DNA of 64,000 bases from Bilabrum cf. latius. Its lineage: Eukaryota. Below are positions 12,455 to 26,800 of this stretch, piece after piece. The position numbers and the translations under genes are program-made. The notes below the pieces were generated by a model. The model had not been told where the DNA came from. It worked only from the letters and a program-made list of their open reading frames with translations, and ran no database searches. Each line of letters starts with the position of its first letter. The stretch's first letter is position 1. Location: NCBI GenBank assembly GCA_965178125.1, contig OZ237740.1, positions 62,001-126,000 on the forward strand, written 5' to 3'.

Positions 12455-15400
12455 TCACCACAAGCGCATCCCGCACAGCCACGCGCCCCGCAATGCTCCG
12501 CACATGCAATATCGCTCGGCATCCTTCCAGTTCTCCGCTCTCTACTGAGCGCTCCCAGTAGTGGCGTCACTACCGTGCAGTGCAGCCGCCACTGCCAGCT
12601 CCCTGAGCCTCCACGCCGACGTGTCCTGGGCCAGCGGCTTGCCCTCTTCCCCGTCCTCGCCTGGTTGCTGCTGCTGCTCCTGCTGTTGTTGCCCACTACC
12701 AGCAGCAGCACCCGAGTCTGCTCCATCCCCGATGCCGCCGGTGCCGGCGGGCGCAGGAGCAGGCGCGGGTGAGGGCGCGGGGATGCACGCCAGGGCCTGG
12801 GCGTCCGTCCCCGCGTTGGGGTCAAAGCTCCAGAGTGCCCCCACAGGGGTCCACAGGTTAGCCTGCGATAGGGTGGGCAAAGTGGGGTCCACCTCCTCTT
12901 CTTCCGGGTTGTCGCTCGCCTCCTGTCTGGGCCTATTGGTCACGTATGCCTCCTCCACGAGCGCGATGGCGGCCATGAGGATGACGTACGTGGACAGGCA
13001 CACGAAGGCGTACATGACAGCCATGCCCCAGGCGATGCGCCACGTGTCCGCGACCGACGTACCCGGCCCATTCGGCTCTTTGCCCACCCCCATACACGCC
13101 AGGAATGTGTCCCGCATGATGTCCCCGTTGGCCACCGCAAACAGGGTCATGCCCGCAGCCGCCGGTCCGTCCATCCGAGGCACGTCGGGGCCCATGGCCA
13201 GGGAACACACGGACACGAAGGCCAGGAAATAGGGCACGCAGCCCAGCACGTACGGTATGATCCGAGGGGCGCCGCGCACGAGCGCCCTGGTCGCAGCCAG
13301 CGCGAACGGAACCGGCTGCGTCCACCTAGAGGCCGAGGCCCAGGCGAAGGCAGCGGCAGCGGCCAGCATTATCTTCCTGCTGGCGAGGCCCTTCAGGTCG
13401 GAGGGCCCGTCGGCCAGCAGCCGCAGGCCGTATGCCACGCCCAGCACGCCCCAAATCAGATCAAGCCCGTCCCAGCCCCGCCGGGAAAAACCCGCAGTGG
13501 TGGCCACGCAGCACGCCGCCAGTCTCCGGCGCGGCCCCGCCTCCCTGTGCCTCCGCAGGGCAGTGGCCTTCTGCCTCGCGACTCGCTGCCTCCTGCGGCG
13601 GGAGCGCGCATCGGCGGCGGTCGCATCGGTTGCGCTGGTGCCTCCGGACGAATCCTCCGCCCCGCCACCCCCGCTTGTTCGCTGAACGGCGCCCCTGAAC
13701 GCGTCCCGCCCTCTCATCATCCTCGCAAGTGCCGCCCTCTCCAGCTGTTCCCTGTGGGCAGCACTGGCACTGGCGCCTGCTCCTGCACTGGCGATGGTCT
13801 CGTCATCCCCACCCGCGGGATCCTGCGCCCGGCCCCCCTGCCGGCTGGAGGGGCGCGGGGGCTCGAGGCCCGCAGCGGCGGCCGCATCCGCGCTGGCGCC
13901 AGGTGCCCGCAGAGAGGCCGCCGCCACTGCCACGCCGGCCTCATCCCCCACCGCCGCCCGGTTCCGCATGTTGTCCTCGTTCGTCACACCCGCACTCGTC
14001 ACACCCTTCCTCGCGGTGCTCATGGCCCTGAGTCGCTGCCACCTCCGCAGTGCCTCGTGCGCCCTGACCGGATCGGCGGCGCACAGCACGGCGATGGAGG
14101 CGCCCGGCATGGCAAGCGACTCGGGCTGCCTGGGACCCCTGCTGGCCCGCCTGCCCCAGCTGTTGCCCCCCCCCCCATTCCCGCCGTCCTGCTCCTCCTC
14201 CTCCCCATGCCCGTCCTCCCCGTGAAACACCCTGTAGCCCAGCTCCGATCCGTCCCCGCTCCCGCAGGGACCCTCCTCGTCACACAGCTTGCAGCAGCAC
14301 GCGGCGCCGCGACAGGGTGCGGAACACCGCAGGCACAGCAGCAGTCCCGCGGAGAGACCATCTGCCAGCCAGGTCAGCCCCGGTGAGTCCTCGAGGGCCC
14401 CAAGATAGCCAATGCCCGGCCCTCCACCTCCACCTCCATCTGCTGCTGCTGCTGCTGCTGCTGCTGCACCGCCCGACCCACCGTCGGCACCCAAGAGGCC
14501 GCCTGCTCCTCCTGTGCCTTCATGGTCCAGCAGGCCCGCTGGTCTGTCCCTGTCATCCCGACCCACTCCCGCGGCAAGGCTTCCTCTCCGGATTGCTGCC
14601 CGCAGCTTGGACCACCCCTTGGACTCTTCCCTGGCTCGGATGAGCCTGGCCCGCGCAGCCCACCGGAAGGGCAGCGCCTCGGCTGCTTCTGCCGCCCAGC
14701 ACCCTATGGCCATGGCACGCACCACGGCTCCCGCTGCCAGGGCAGACGACAGGGCGCACAGACCCAGTGCCAGGGCGGCCAGCACGTGCAGCCAAGAGCC
14801 CCACCAGAGCGACCCCCTCGAGACACCCGGGTCCTCGGCGCCGAGGGCCTGCGATGACGACCCACTCATCACATCCCCGAGCCGCCGCCCGAGGCCGTCG
14901 TCCGCGAGATCGTCATCAGTGACGTCATCGGGGGCGCCGCCGGCCGATGTTCCGCTGGGGCAGGCAGCAAACTGCGCGGTGACCCTCATGAGGAGGCTCC
15001 CGCGGCTGGACCAGTGCCCGACCACCTCGGACGTGCGGAAGGGCCGCGGGCGGTTCTAACCTGTGGGGCTGGCGCGTGCCTCACCCGCCAGGAAGCTCCG
15101 ATCGGATTCCCTGACGCAGCTTCGGAAGGGTCCCGAGGGGTGCAGCGGGGCGGGGGGCGTCTCGTAGATCGCCTGGCCGTCCGGATACACCCGCGACTCG
15201 TCCACCTCGACGCCCCACGCGTCCTACTGCTCCATCGGGTACAAGCTTCCGTCTCCGAATCCATACCCGTCGGGGAACACCACGGTGGGTGCCCCCGCGG
15301 CGGAGTCTGCCTGCTAGCCCCAGTTGGTGGGGGCTCCCACGGTCGAGTCCGTGGGCGTGGCCTGCCCCGGCTGCAGCACAGTCCTCGAGTGCCAGCGGAC

Positions 15401-16324
15401 ACAGGGAGGCAAGCCCAGGAGGTATCGCCGGGGGATCGTGTCGTGGGACCGAACGGACATTTCCAGGCGCATGAGCTGCCGGGAGAAGGACCGCGCGAGG
15501 GCGTGCTGGGGCTGCTCGCCCCCGAGCAGCTGCCTGAGCCGCTGGTGCTCCGCCGTGCTGGCCCAGTCCCAGCCAGGTGCCAGGCTCTCGTCCTCGTCTC
15601 GCCATGGGTCCCTGATCGCACTGCAGTTCCATGCACCCCCCCAGATGCGGTCACTGTCTTTAAAGCGCTGCAAGAAGCTGCTGCTCCGTCCGTTGGGGTC
15701 GTCCTCTCCTATGGGCAGGAGGGGCGCGAGTCCGTCGGCGATGGCGCCGCAGGCCAGGGCTCGCTCCACCTGCGCCGTGGATTTGACGACCATCCGGCGG
15801 TAGGAAAGCCCGCCGTGGGAGCCGCAGGAACTCATGGACCACGGTTCATCTGCTCCTGGGTCGGGCACGTCGGTGTCGCTCGGCGAGGAAGCGGTGGACG
15901 GGGCGACGACGAGCCACCGGAGCACGGCGACATCTGGCGTGCCCTCGGAGGCGTTCAAGTACGAGCCGATTCTCGAGCTGGCGTGGAGCTAAGCATCAAA
16001 CGCGTTTGATATGAGCTGAATTGAGGCTCGTGCGTCTGCCAGGCGCCCAAGCCCATCGGATAGCTGACCCAAGCGGTCTGGCACCAGAAGGTCGTCCACG
16101 TCTGGATCCGACAACACCCCATCCTGCATCGCGCCAACCGCCCGAATCTGGTAGTCATAGTTGACATAATCCAAAAGGACAACCTGAGTTGTCAAACACA
16201 CGAGTGCAAATGCGTGAACAACGATGGTAACTGGAACAAGTCCGGAACGTCTGCAAAGCGCGAGCCAGTCGAGCTCTACCCATGCAGCTGCATCAGCTCC
16301 AACGCTTCTCTTGATTCTTGCCAT
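12455..16324 (-). CDS. Mucolipin/TRPML-like (polycystin family) cation channel
   Basis: One frame from ATG 16324 to TGA 12455 with TAG at 15989, 15314, 15224, 15056, 12542. TM1 PVTIVVHAFALVCLTTQVVL; pore region MTLFAVANGDIMRDTF resembles mucolipin LFSLINGDDM; S6 YAFVCLSTYVILMAAIALVEEAY. Confidence 0.8.
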
Positions 16325-16470
16325 TGTACTAGGAGCAAATTCAACTCGCAACCATTCAAATTCTTTTTTTTGCTTCGTACGAAGACCGCTGGCCCGAATG
16401 TTCCGTAATATAAGCGCGGCGCCACTGGCACCGCGGCCGGAACGAACTCGAGTTGCAGTTCAGTTAAAAA

Positions 16471-18852
16471 ATGCGAGTCCTGCAACTACTTTCGATTTAT
16501 ATTCCTTTCTATGCTGTTGCACTGAATAATGGAAAGGGAAGAACTCCAATGATGGGTTGGAACAGCTGGAATCGGTTCGGGTGCAGGGTATCTGCCGACA
16601 TTCTGCGTAACACAACCGAGCGTCTCGTAGAGCTAGGCCTGGCGGATGTCGGATACAAGAGCGTTAATACGGATGACTGCTGGCTTAACCGGACTAGAAA
16701 CGCGACGGGGCATCTTGCTCCAGCTCCAAACTTTCCTGGCGGAGACCAGGGAATGCGCGATCTTATCGAGTTCATCGACAGCAAAGGGCTGCAATTCGGC
16801 ATTTACGGGGCGGCCGGTGAGACCACGTGCGCCTCGCGCGCAGGCAGTCTCTATCATGAAGACATCGATGCGAGGACGTACGCCAGCTGGGGCGTGAAGT
16901 ACCTGAAATACGACGACTGCGGCGAGGTGAACCTCAACTCGTACGCCAAGTTCCAGGCCATGCGGGACGCCCTCAACCGCACTGGTGTCCCGATCACGTT
17001 CTCGTACGAACCGCATCTGCAAGTTCCAATCGCTTGGCCGCCGCTTATCGGCAACAGCTGGCGCGCGGCCTTCGACATCCGTGCCAAGTACTCGTCCATC
17101 CTAGGCGAGATCCGTGTGACGAACGCGTGGGCGAGCGTCTCACAGCCGGGGGCGTGGAGCGACGCCGACATTCTGGAAGTCGGCAACTCCGGTCTGAGCC
17201 TACCCGAGGCCCGTACCCACTTCGCGATGTGGTGCATGGTCAAATCTCCGTTGCTCATCGGGTGCGACCTCACCGACCAGCCGAGCAGCATCTTGGACCT
17301 GCTGAAGAACAAGCACCTGCTCGGCATCTCGCAGGACCCCCTGGGCGAGCAGGCCGTCCTGGTCGCGTCCTACCCCGGGCCCCAGGGAACAGTGCATCCA
17401 CCGGTGGATCCCGCGCGCCTGCCGCCCCGGCCGGTGGACCCTGCCGCTGCCGAGCGGTACGCGATCGTCACACGGGATGCGTTCGGGTTGATCACAGACT
17501 GCGACGGGCTGGATGGATCTAAATAGGCCGTTTCTGATCGATCGGAAGGCTCAGGGAACAGCGAGGCCGGGACACCACTGGACCCCGCCCAGGTGTGGGC
17601 CCTGGGCGCCGACCAGACCATCCGGAATCAGAAATCAGGGGAGTGCCTCGCCGTGGATGCGTCGCAGTCGCCGCCGGCCGTGGTGCTGGAGCGGTGCGAC
17701 TCGGAATCGGACTCGGAGGGACCCGGAGCCTCCTCCCCTCTCTTGCGGCCTGCCCAGCAGTGGAAGGTGCAGTCGGCCGCTGACCTCACGGTGGCTCCCA
17801 TCGTCAGCCAGGCCAACTTCTCCAGTGGTGGCAGGGCCGATGGCGGAAAGACTGGCCTCTCCCGAACGCAATCTCATTCGTCATGGGGCACCTCGAACAC
17901 GTGGTTCGACGGCCCCAAGGTTGGGGTGCCCGAGCCCTCGCAGGCCAACCGGCGGTGCGGGACGTGCTGCGGCGCCAACGACACCGCCTCGCCCATGTGT
18001 CAGGGAACAACGGAGGACGGGCAGCTGCAGGTGTCCCTCGCGGAGATCACCCAAAGGTGCGCCCAGGATGACGAGTGCGCCGGGTTCGGCCAGGACACGA
18101 CCCAGGGGGGCTACTTTAGGCCGGTCACCTCGGTTCAATCGGTCGACGCCGAGGACGGCAAGTGGAGGACCTGGATCAAGCGAAACGGATCCGAGCCGGC
18201 CGCGAGGTGCCTGGCCACGGACGGCGTTGGGGTGGGCCTGGCCCCTTGCGTGCAGGAGCCGAGCGTCTGCAACCACACGCGGTGCACCAACTCGGTCCGG
18301 GTGGGTCAGCTGTGGTACGCCTCGAGGCAGGGCCAGCTGATCTCCACGTTCACGGACACGCCCGTGCCCCCGCTGGCACTTCCGGTTTAGGAGCCCCATA
18401 GCAAGTCGGCCCCATCGATCCCTGCGCTGCAGGACCCCTCCCACCTGGCCCTCAGGGAACACGTGAGGGAGGTTGCAACCGCCGCGTCCGAAGGGCTGAT
18501 CAACGTGCCCAAGTGCCTGGCCGCAGGCCCCAACGCTCGGCCGCCCATGCCCCCCACGCCACCGCCGGCGGTGGACGATTCGCTGCCCCTGCAGGTGTTC
18601 GCAGGAAAGCTGGCAGGGAACAAGGTGGCGGTGGCGATGATGAACACGGAGGACCCCTCAGGCAGCCCCGCGGTTGCGACCATCCGCGCGCAGTGGAGCG
18701 ACATTGGTCTGGCCCCCGGGACCGAGGTGAGCGTGTTGGATGCGATGTCGGGGGAGGACAAGGGGACGAGCATGGGGCCCATCGTGGCGCAGGTGCCCGG
18801 CCATGACATCGCGGTGTTCGTGCTGACCCCCACCGGGAGGGAGCGACCCTGA
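16471..18852 (+). CDS. Secreted alpha-galactosidase (GH27) with ricin-B-like and Cys-rich inserts and C-terminal beta domain
   Basis: Signal peptide; TPMMGWNSWN, DDCW, WGVKYLKYDDC, SPLLIGCDL. Three same-frame ORFs joined by TAG 17524 and 18388; ends TGA 18852. Confidence 0.92.
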
Positions 18853-19091
18853 AGGGCCTCTTGAGGCCAGTTGAGGCCGGTTGGCGCTGAGCGTACCCGG
18901 CAGAACCTTGAGTAAGCACCGTGTATTAGACAGCTCTACGAACGAATTTGACGGTTTGGTGTTTTAGTGGCTCCCGCGTCCGCACTGTATTGTATGCGCA
19001 CCACTGGTAGTACTACCCGGAATCACAGCCTGGCTCGCTTGGCTCCATCCAGCTCACAAGGAGTTCTGCATCACATAGAAGACTTCAAGCT

Positions 19092-19547
19092 ATGATTTCT
19101 AACCAGTGCATTGCTGTTGCAGCTGCTGCTGCTGCCATGCTTGCTGGAGCTAACGCAGATGGAGCCAAAGCTTGCTGCTATCGTGAGAACGACGCTTTTT
19201 AGTGCTTATTTCTTTCGTACCTTTTGCGGACCATGCCACTCACTAGCGGTCGATGACTAATGGAATGCAGGAGATACATTCAACGAGACGAACACTGCTC
19301 AGACGTGCATGCCGTCCACGTCCAACGATTGTCCAGACATTGCTTTTTGGGATCTTGAGACTTCCCCGGCCCTGGAGTGCAGCTGCGGCGATTCCTCCTC
19401 CCTCTGGGAAGGACCAGCATCCATGGCCAAGGGAATCATTGGAGCTCTCAGGGGCAATGCAGCCGCGTCAGCCCCTGCAGACGATTCGACGTGCTGCCTA
19501 TTCCACGACTACGGCGGCTCGGAGGCTCTGTCCAAGTACAATGCGAC
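19092..19547 (+). CDS. Putative secreted Cys-containing protein (first two exons; 3' end unresolved)
   Basis: MISNQCIAVAAAAAAMLAGANA signal-like start; GTGAG donor ~19183 and TGCAG acceptor 19270 join in frame to ORF 19309-19551; further GTGAG donor at 19548. Confidence 0.4.
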
Positions 19548-20777
19548 GTGAGTAGGTTAGAGCCGCCTTTTGGGGGACACTTATACCATATGTTTGCACT
19601 AACCGCTCAGAACCGCACGCCTGACGCCCGGCAGCTGCACGATTTTGCCTCGATCACTTCGTCTACCCCCACGTGGCCTGCTGGCTGCGGTAGCTCGCGG
19701 CACGCGCCCATCGGCTTATCGTTTCACCGGTGGCCGATGTTGCTCACAGTGTACAACTCGAAGAATTCAATGGCGTGATGGTCGTTTCTTACTTTGCCCG
19801 GACTTGCGCTGCCGGGCCGTGGCCCGTGGACACAAGCCTTCCTCTCGTGCTCTGCTGGCAGTCTTGGGCGCACCGTGTAGCGGAGCAAAATGACACCGCC
19901 AGCGATCTCCCTGTGACGTTGGCGAACGTCGCGATGGTTAATGGAGCTGATGGTTGCCTTTTCTTTACAATAGAATAGCCAATGTACCCCACGGTCCACC
20001 GGTGGATGCACCGTTTACATCAGTCCCTCTCCCACTCCTCTACATTGCAGGTGGACCTCTGGCACCACGTGCCCCGAGCCCGTATTCGGGTGGAAGCTTG
20101 AGGCCAAGTGGGCTTCACCGCAGTCCATCTGCTGCTTCGGGAACCTCAAAGCGATCGCCCCAGCGGGTTGGTGCAAGTACCCCCCGACTGACGACCAGAC
20201 CGGCGAGGAGGAGGCGCTGGAGTGGGACGGCTCGCCGCAGCCTGCCTATTGAAGTAATTGAACACAATTCGGTCGGGCTGTCCGCAAGTGAGACTGCTGA
20301 TACACCAGCCGCATGGTAACATAGCTATCCATGGTGGACTGGACTAGATCTAGCAAGACCGCCTGGGTCTCTACCAAGGCCGCGTAGTAACAAAGAAAAG
20401 ACGACGCAGGTGCGCCTGTATTCCTTACGATTGTGCAACGCCAGCCTAATTGTTTCATATTTTAATTAAAGTTTTAGTTTGCCTTCATGCTTGCGGCGAT
20501 GCGCAAATGCTACCTCAGTCCGCCCTTGGGCCGTCGTCTGACACAACAGTGCAATTCCCCATCCAGTCACGTTCCTCTATACCGTTCGCATCTAGTATTT
20601 TGTGCACAATTGATTGGGATGGCTGTCTTAAGCTACATTCGGGATGAGGGTGTGACAGAACCGGAACCACCTCAGGCTGCTGCCACCCGTTGCACCCTTC
20701 TTGTTTGGAGTAGGCCTACAGCACGGTAGTCACAGCCCTTACTTGTATGGTACATTCGTACTAATACACCTTCAAAG

Positions 20778-23576
20778 ATGGAGGCCGCAGATCGGCTTGC
20801 GAAGGCTCAAAATGTGTACGCGCCCGTTTTGTCCAAAATGCCAAGCAACCGAGCCGCAAAGCCAAGCTAGTACGGACGTAAACGAGTATCAGAGAGATGC
20901 CCTGCTCGGCATAGGGTTCCTGCAACGAACATCATCGTGGATGGATTCGAGTACGCCTCGCCCCGGCTCTCGACTAGCTACGTGCTTACCCATTTTCACA
21001 GCGATCACTACACCGGGCTCGACGCCACATTCAGGTCTGGAATCGTGTACGCGAGCGAAACCACATGCCGTCTCGTGGTGCTTAAGCTGCGCGTACCGGC
21101 TGGCAGGTTGCGCCCGATCCCGTTTGGCAAGCGGACCAGAATCGAGGGCCAGCCAGCGCACGCGACCCTGCTACCCGCCAACCACTGCCCCGGCTCGGCC
21201 CTGTGGCTCTTCGACCTGGACGACGGCCGCCGCTTCCTCCACACGGGCGACTTCCGGTTTGCCGACGCGATGGGCGCGTGGCCCCTGATCCGATCCCTGA
21301 GCCCCCTGGCTGCGGGCCGCTCCCTCGATGGGGTCTACCTGGACACGACGTACGCCACGGGGACGGGGGGGACGGACTACCGGTTTCCGCCACAGGAGGC
21401 GTGCGTGGAGGCGGTGGCCAAACTCGTTGAGCCGCTGCGGAACGATCCCGAGGTTCTTTTGCTGGTTGGAGCTTACACGATCGGGAAAGAGAGGGTGTGG
21501 CTGCGGGCGGCGGCCGCGCTCGGCGAGAAGGTGTGGGTGGGCAAGGCGAGACGGAAGGTCATTGAATGCCTCGGCTGGGACGCGCGCCAGATGGGCGCGC
21601 TCGCCGCTAAACCGGAACAAGCACGGATCCACGTGGTACCGATGGGGTGGCTCTCGGCCAACCGCCTCGGGCAGCGGCTCAAGAAGCTCAGGGAACAGTA
21701 CGCGGGCGATTCCGAGTCCGTTTCACCGTCCCAGCCGAGCTCCAAGAGCTAGAATAGCCGGGGAACAAGCAAACAGGGCACCCTCTTGGGCATGTTCGGT
21801 AAAACGGTGGTTCCCAAAAAGCAGGCCTCTGCGGCCGTGCCGGGCGCATCCCCGTCGCAGCCCGTGCGAACCTTCACGAAGTTTCACTCCATCATGGCCA
21901 TCCGCCCCACGGGCTGGGCCTTCCAAGGCCATGCCGAGGACGCGAGCGACTCGGAGCTGAAACGGGCGGCGGCGGGCGGGGATCGCTTGGCTTCGGCGCT
22001 GGGAGTAGCCCGAGGTGGTAAGGGTCAGGGTGGCGAAGGTGCGGCGGCGTCGGGGCAGGGCTCTGATCAGGTTGGCATGGATGCCGTGCATCGCTAGGAG
22101 CTCGGGGGGCGGGTGGATCGCGACGTGGCAAAGCAGCGGCAGGGGAGGGTGTCTCACGTGGACGTGGTGGGGGCAGGGACGGCCGTGAGGGTGGGTGTGG
22201 TCAGGCGGGCGGGCGGAGCCAGGAGCTACGGGCTGCACGAGGAGCCGATGCCCCTGCTGTGTGAGCGATCGGATGCACTCGTCACAGGGACGGGTGCTGA
22301 TAGACCAGCTGGTAGTGCTACTGCTGCTGCCGCTGCCACCAGCAGCAGCACGCGTGGGGGGCAGCACAAGCAGACGCAAACGCAGCTGGACGGTAGGCCA
22401 GCTGGGCACGGGGCCAAGAGCAGGAGCGCCAGGAGACACAAGGACAAGGCGCCCAAGGGAGGGGTAACACTGTACTCGGTGCCCTATAGCGAGCACTCGT
22501 CACTCACGGAGCTCCGAAGGTGCATCGCACTGCTGCAGCCGAAGTGCATCCTGCCCACGGTGGGGTGCCAGACCGTCAGTGAGGCAAGGGCGGTGTGCCA
22601 GCGGCTGAGAGCGGACGGACCTGACGTGGCTGATGTGGCAGACCTAGTCAAGCAGCCCTCCCTCCAGAGTCACGCTCGTCACACCGGCGGGCAAGCCTCG
22701 TCTTGCAGCTCATCTTCCGTCCTGCCGACTGGGCTGCTGGCAGCTTCGTCACGTCAGGAGGCAGCCGGTGCCATGTATGTCCCAGGGAACAACGAGTCCA
22801 TGCTTGGGAGTGCAGTCCATGAGGCGTCACTATCGGCTGGAGCAGCGAATGTAGGGCAAGCGACCGCTGATCGTCCATGGGATCGAGATGCAGATGCGCG
22901 CAAAGGAGGAGCGGCACGTGTGTCGAGCCGGCCCACTCTTGGAGACCAGCACAAGCTATAGGCTGCGTTTGGTCGTTCTCGTCCAAGTTCGTGCTCCTCG
23001 TCATCCTCATCGTCATCGTCATCGTCATCGATGCACGGTGCACCTCGGCAGGTCCTGCCCCCTGGAGGCGCGCGCATACTGGCTGGTCAGCAGTCGGCGG
23101 TTTAGCATCGTGCCGGGCGCGAGGCGGCGACAGAGGTGGTCGACCTGGCGAGCGACTCGGAATCGGATGTCAGCGACGCCGAGGTGGTTGCAACCGGTGT
23201 GGTGCAGTCCCTGGGGAGCAAAAGAGCGCGGGAAGGCGGAGATGTGCCTGCTGGGAGCAACAGTATCAGCGCAGGCACTAGTAGAGGTGCCAAGAAAGTG
23301 GCATGTGCAGATGCAATGGCAGAGGGAGAGGATAGTCTGACTATTCCAGGCGGCAAGCGGAGCAGGATGGAAGGCAGCCACAGCCACTTAGCATCCCAAG
23401 AGGGGAGGGTACCACTAGGCAGTAGGCTCGCAAATGCCCCGTGTGCCCCGCCCGGCGCGAATTGGTCCAAGCTCGGACAAGCGACTGCGCCAAGGCGTGC
23501 CAGTGGTGGATCCATCTAGGTCCCTGCCATGCTCGTGAGCATCACGCAGGAGTTTGGCAGCTCCCAGCTAATGTGA
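20778..23576 (+). CDS. SNM1/PSO2-family DNA cross-link repair nuclease (metallo-beta-lactamase + beta-CASP/DRMBL)
   Basis: THFHSDHYTGL, ANHCPGS, HTGDFR, YLDTTY, YTIGKER, PTGW, PYSEHSS. TAG at 20868, 21750, 22095, 22959, 23103, 23517; ends TGA 23576. Confidence 0.9.
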
Positions 23577-23815
23577 GGCCTTTGGGGCTGCGTGTGGGCT
23601 TTCAATGGGCCCCTGTAGTGGTGATGCCTCCACTTTCTGCCTACACCATCCACGGTACGGCTGCGCACGTGCACCTTGAAGAGTACTCGTCACGACCCTC
23701 TGCGGTGCCGCTGATGATTGGACCAAGATTGGACCAGAATTGATGCAGAGTATACGGTTTCAACCCAAAATTTGGTGACTTGTTGCGCCTGAATTATATT
23801 AAAACAATATCTTAA

Positions 23816-26800
23816 ATGAGTTCCCGAGCTCTTGAAGAGTCAAGCGGTCATAGCGAAGGGGGGGGGCATGAGGAAGAACTATTCAAGTACGACGAGACCG
23901 GTGGTGCATGGTTTCTGATGATCACCCTGCTCATCGGAATCTGCGTTCGACTCATGACTAAATTTATTCCTATCCCGTACACTGTTGCTTTGCTGTTGAT
24001 TGGCCTTGCCATTGGTGCCATTGAGGCGCACGGAAGGTGAGGTGCACGGATGACGGGAGCAGCTCGCAACCGTTTCCTGTCGGCGCGGGTAGCAAATTTG
24101 GCGCCTTTAGCGTGGAAGTAAATATGGCAATCGCCATTCTGTCTGAAAGGTCTGCACCCCTGACAACGATGCTGATATGCTTCTTTTCGTTGCGATCCAC
24201 CCGTCTACCATTCTGCGCAGCGGGTACCTTGGAGCCGTCGGTGACAGCATCAGCCTATGGACAAACTTAGATCCCCACACAATCTTGACAATATTCCTGC
24301 CTGCACTCATATTTGGCAGTGCTGCAGCTGTTGGTGAGCCTAGCATCGTGAACATGAAGAGAAGGGAGGTCCAGTTTCCCTTCCCGAATTGCACCAGCAT
24401 CGAGTGACGTGCTTCTCGCTGCAGGTTAGTCACAAGCACATTAGCAAGATATCAATGTCAGTCTATATCTCTTTGTATTGCAGACTGGCACGTCTTCAAC
24501 AAGGAAATATTCCAGATGATGCTGCTTGCCGTGCCCGGCGTGATCATGTCGGCCCTTCTCACGGCCGTCGTGGCCGTGTACGTGATGTATCCCGAATGGA
24601 GCCTGTCTACGGGGATCACGTTCGGGGCCATGCTTTCTGCTACTGACCCAGTGGCCGTGGTGGCACTGCTGCACGAGCTGGGTGCAGCCAAGCAGCTGGC
24701 GCTGCTGATCGAGGGCGAGAGCCTGTTCAACGACGGGAGCGCCCTGGTGGTGTTCATCGTCTTTTTAGACTTTATGGCGGGACAGGAGCCCGTCAGAACT
24801 GCCGGTGAAACGGTCGGTTTCTTCATGCGGCTGGCGCTGGGCGGCGTTGCCTTTGGCTGGCTCATGGGGGAGATCATGGTGAAGGTGCTCAAGGCCTCCA
24901 GGCTCGACATCATGACCCAGATCACAGTCACGGTCGTGTGCGCCTATTTCACGTTTATCGTCGCCGAGAACGAGGCGATCCATGTATCTGGCGTGCTGGC
25001 CGTGGTGTGTGCCGGTCTGGTCATGGCCGCCCACGGCTTCCAGCACGTGAGGCATCGCGAGACGCTGAAGCATTTCTGGGAGACTGTGGAGTATCTGGCC
25101 AATACCGTCATTTTCATCGTGTCGGGGGTCATCATATACGTCAAGGGTTTCGCCAGCTTTGGGTCAGGCGAGGAGGGTGCCATTGACGCGTACGACATCG
25201 CCATGCTATTCGTGCTGTACATCGCACTCATGGTCATCCGCACGCTGGTCATGTTCATTCTTTGGCCGTTCCTGAGGCAGATGGGATACTCTTTCAGCGC
25301 CAAGTTTCTCATCGTGATTTCCTACTCGGGGCTGCGGGGCGCCGTGGGCCTCGTGCTGGCCATCATCGTGGAGAACGACCCGAGGATCTCCTCCGAGATC
25401 AGCGGACGCTTCCTGTTCCACATGGCCGGCATTGCCTTGCTGACTCTGACCGTGAATGGCACCACAACCGGGATGCTGCTGAGCTGCCTGGGCCTGTCTG
25501 GTGCCTCCCCCGCCCGCGCGCGCATGCTCAACAAGGCCATCCGCAGGTTAGTGGAGGTCAAGCAGCGATCTGATTTGTTCTCCCAGGCCCAGTACCAGCA
25601 CGCCGAGGAGGATCGGATCCGAACTTTCATGCGGGACATCTTTGAGGAGCTGGAGGCCTAGACGGAGAAGGTCAGGCACCTCGCGAGCCAGCCGGTGGGC
25701 GGGCACCACCTCTCGGGCTGCACCGGCTGCCTCTTCCGCGCCCTGGGCTGCCAGACATTCCTGGAGATCTTGGACGAGGACGAGAAGGCGGTGGAGCAAA
25801 GGGCGGCAGAGGCCAGGAAAGCGGGCTCGTTCGAGTGCGTGCCTCGCTGCCTCAAGTGCATCGTGGACGTGCAGGACATCTGCGACTGCGCCAGGCCAAG
25901 GGAGAGGGACCGCCTCGTGTGCTGCCCCAAGTCCTGCCTGGGGCTGATCGGCCCGTGGTTCGACTCATGCCCCTGCTGCTTCGAGGTGAGCGGCTACACG
26001 AACCGCGCGGGGGAACACGTGGGTGAGGAGTTCCTCCAGAGGTCGGCGGAGCGAGAGGCGCGTGAGGAGCTGGAGGCGCAGCAGCAGGCCAGGGAGGCCC
26101 TGGAGAGGCAGAGGCGGCAGGACGAGCAGGACAGGGCCAGGATGGGCGTCCCGGGCCTGCCCCCCATGAACCGGCGGATGGTGTCCGTGACATCGGATCC
26201 GCAGCTTATGCCTGTTGGTGGCTTGGTTGCCGCGGTGCCCACCCACAGCCACTCCTTCTCCTACCAGCCAGAGGCGATGGCCAACCACGAGGAGGAGGCG
26301 GCCGTCTACGACAAGATGCTGCCCGGTCACGCGTAGAAAACCCAGCTGGAGAGGGGCAGGACGCTGCCTTCCGTGCAGGAGGCGGACTACGAGGGCGAGA
26401 CGATGGAGGGTGCCGAGGGGGCGCATGTCATGGGGGAGCAGGAACTGGATTCTTTGGGGGATGGGGATGGAGATGTAATTGGAGGCAACAAGAGTCGTAA
26501 GGGTGGACGCGTGGCGGTGGGCACTGCTCGCAGCCGCAATGCCTCAGGGGGGTCAACAGGTTCCGTGCTGCCTCCCGGCAGCCCCGGCAGGAGGGGCTCC
26601 GGCGGCTCTGCCTTCGGGTCGCCGACCCGGAGCAGAAAGCCGTTCTCACCTACGGACGGCAAGTCTGCTGGAGGTACTGGCGCCGAGGACGAGCAATTTC
26701 GCAAGGCCACGGACTCCGGCAAGGTCATGGTGAGAACCCAAACGGAGATGTGCATGGCCAACGCGCAGATGCAGCGGGACGGCGGAGAGTCGAGGACGCC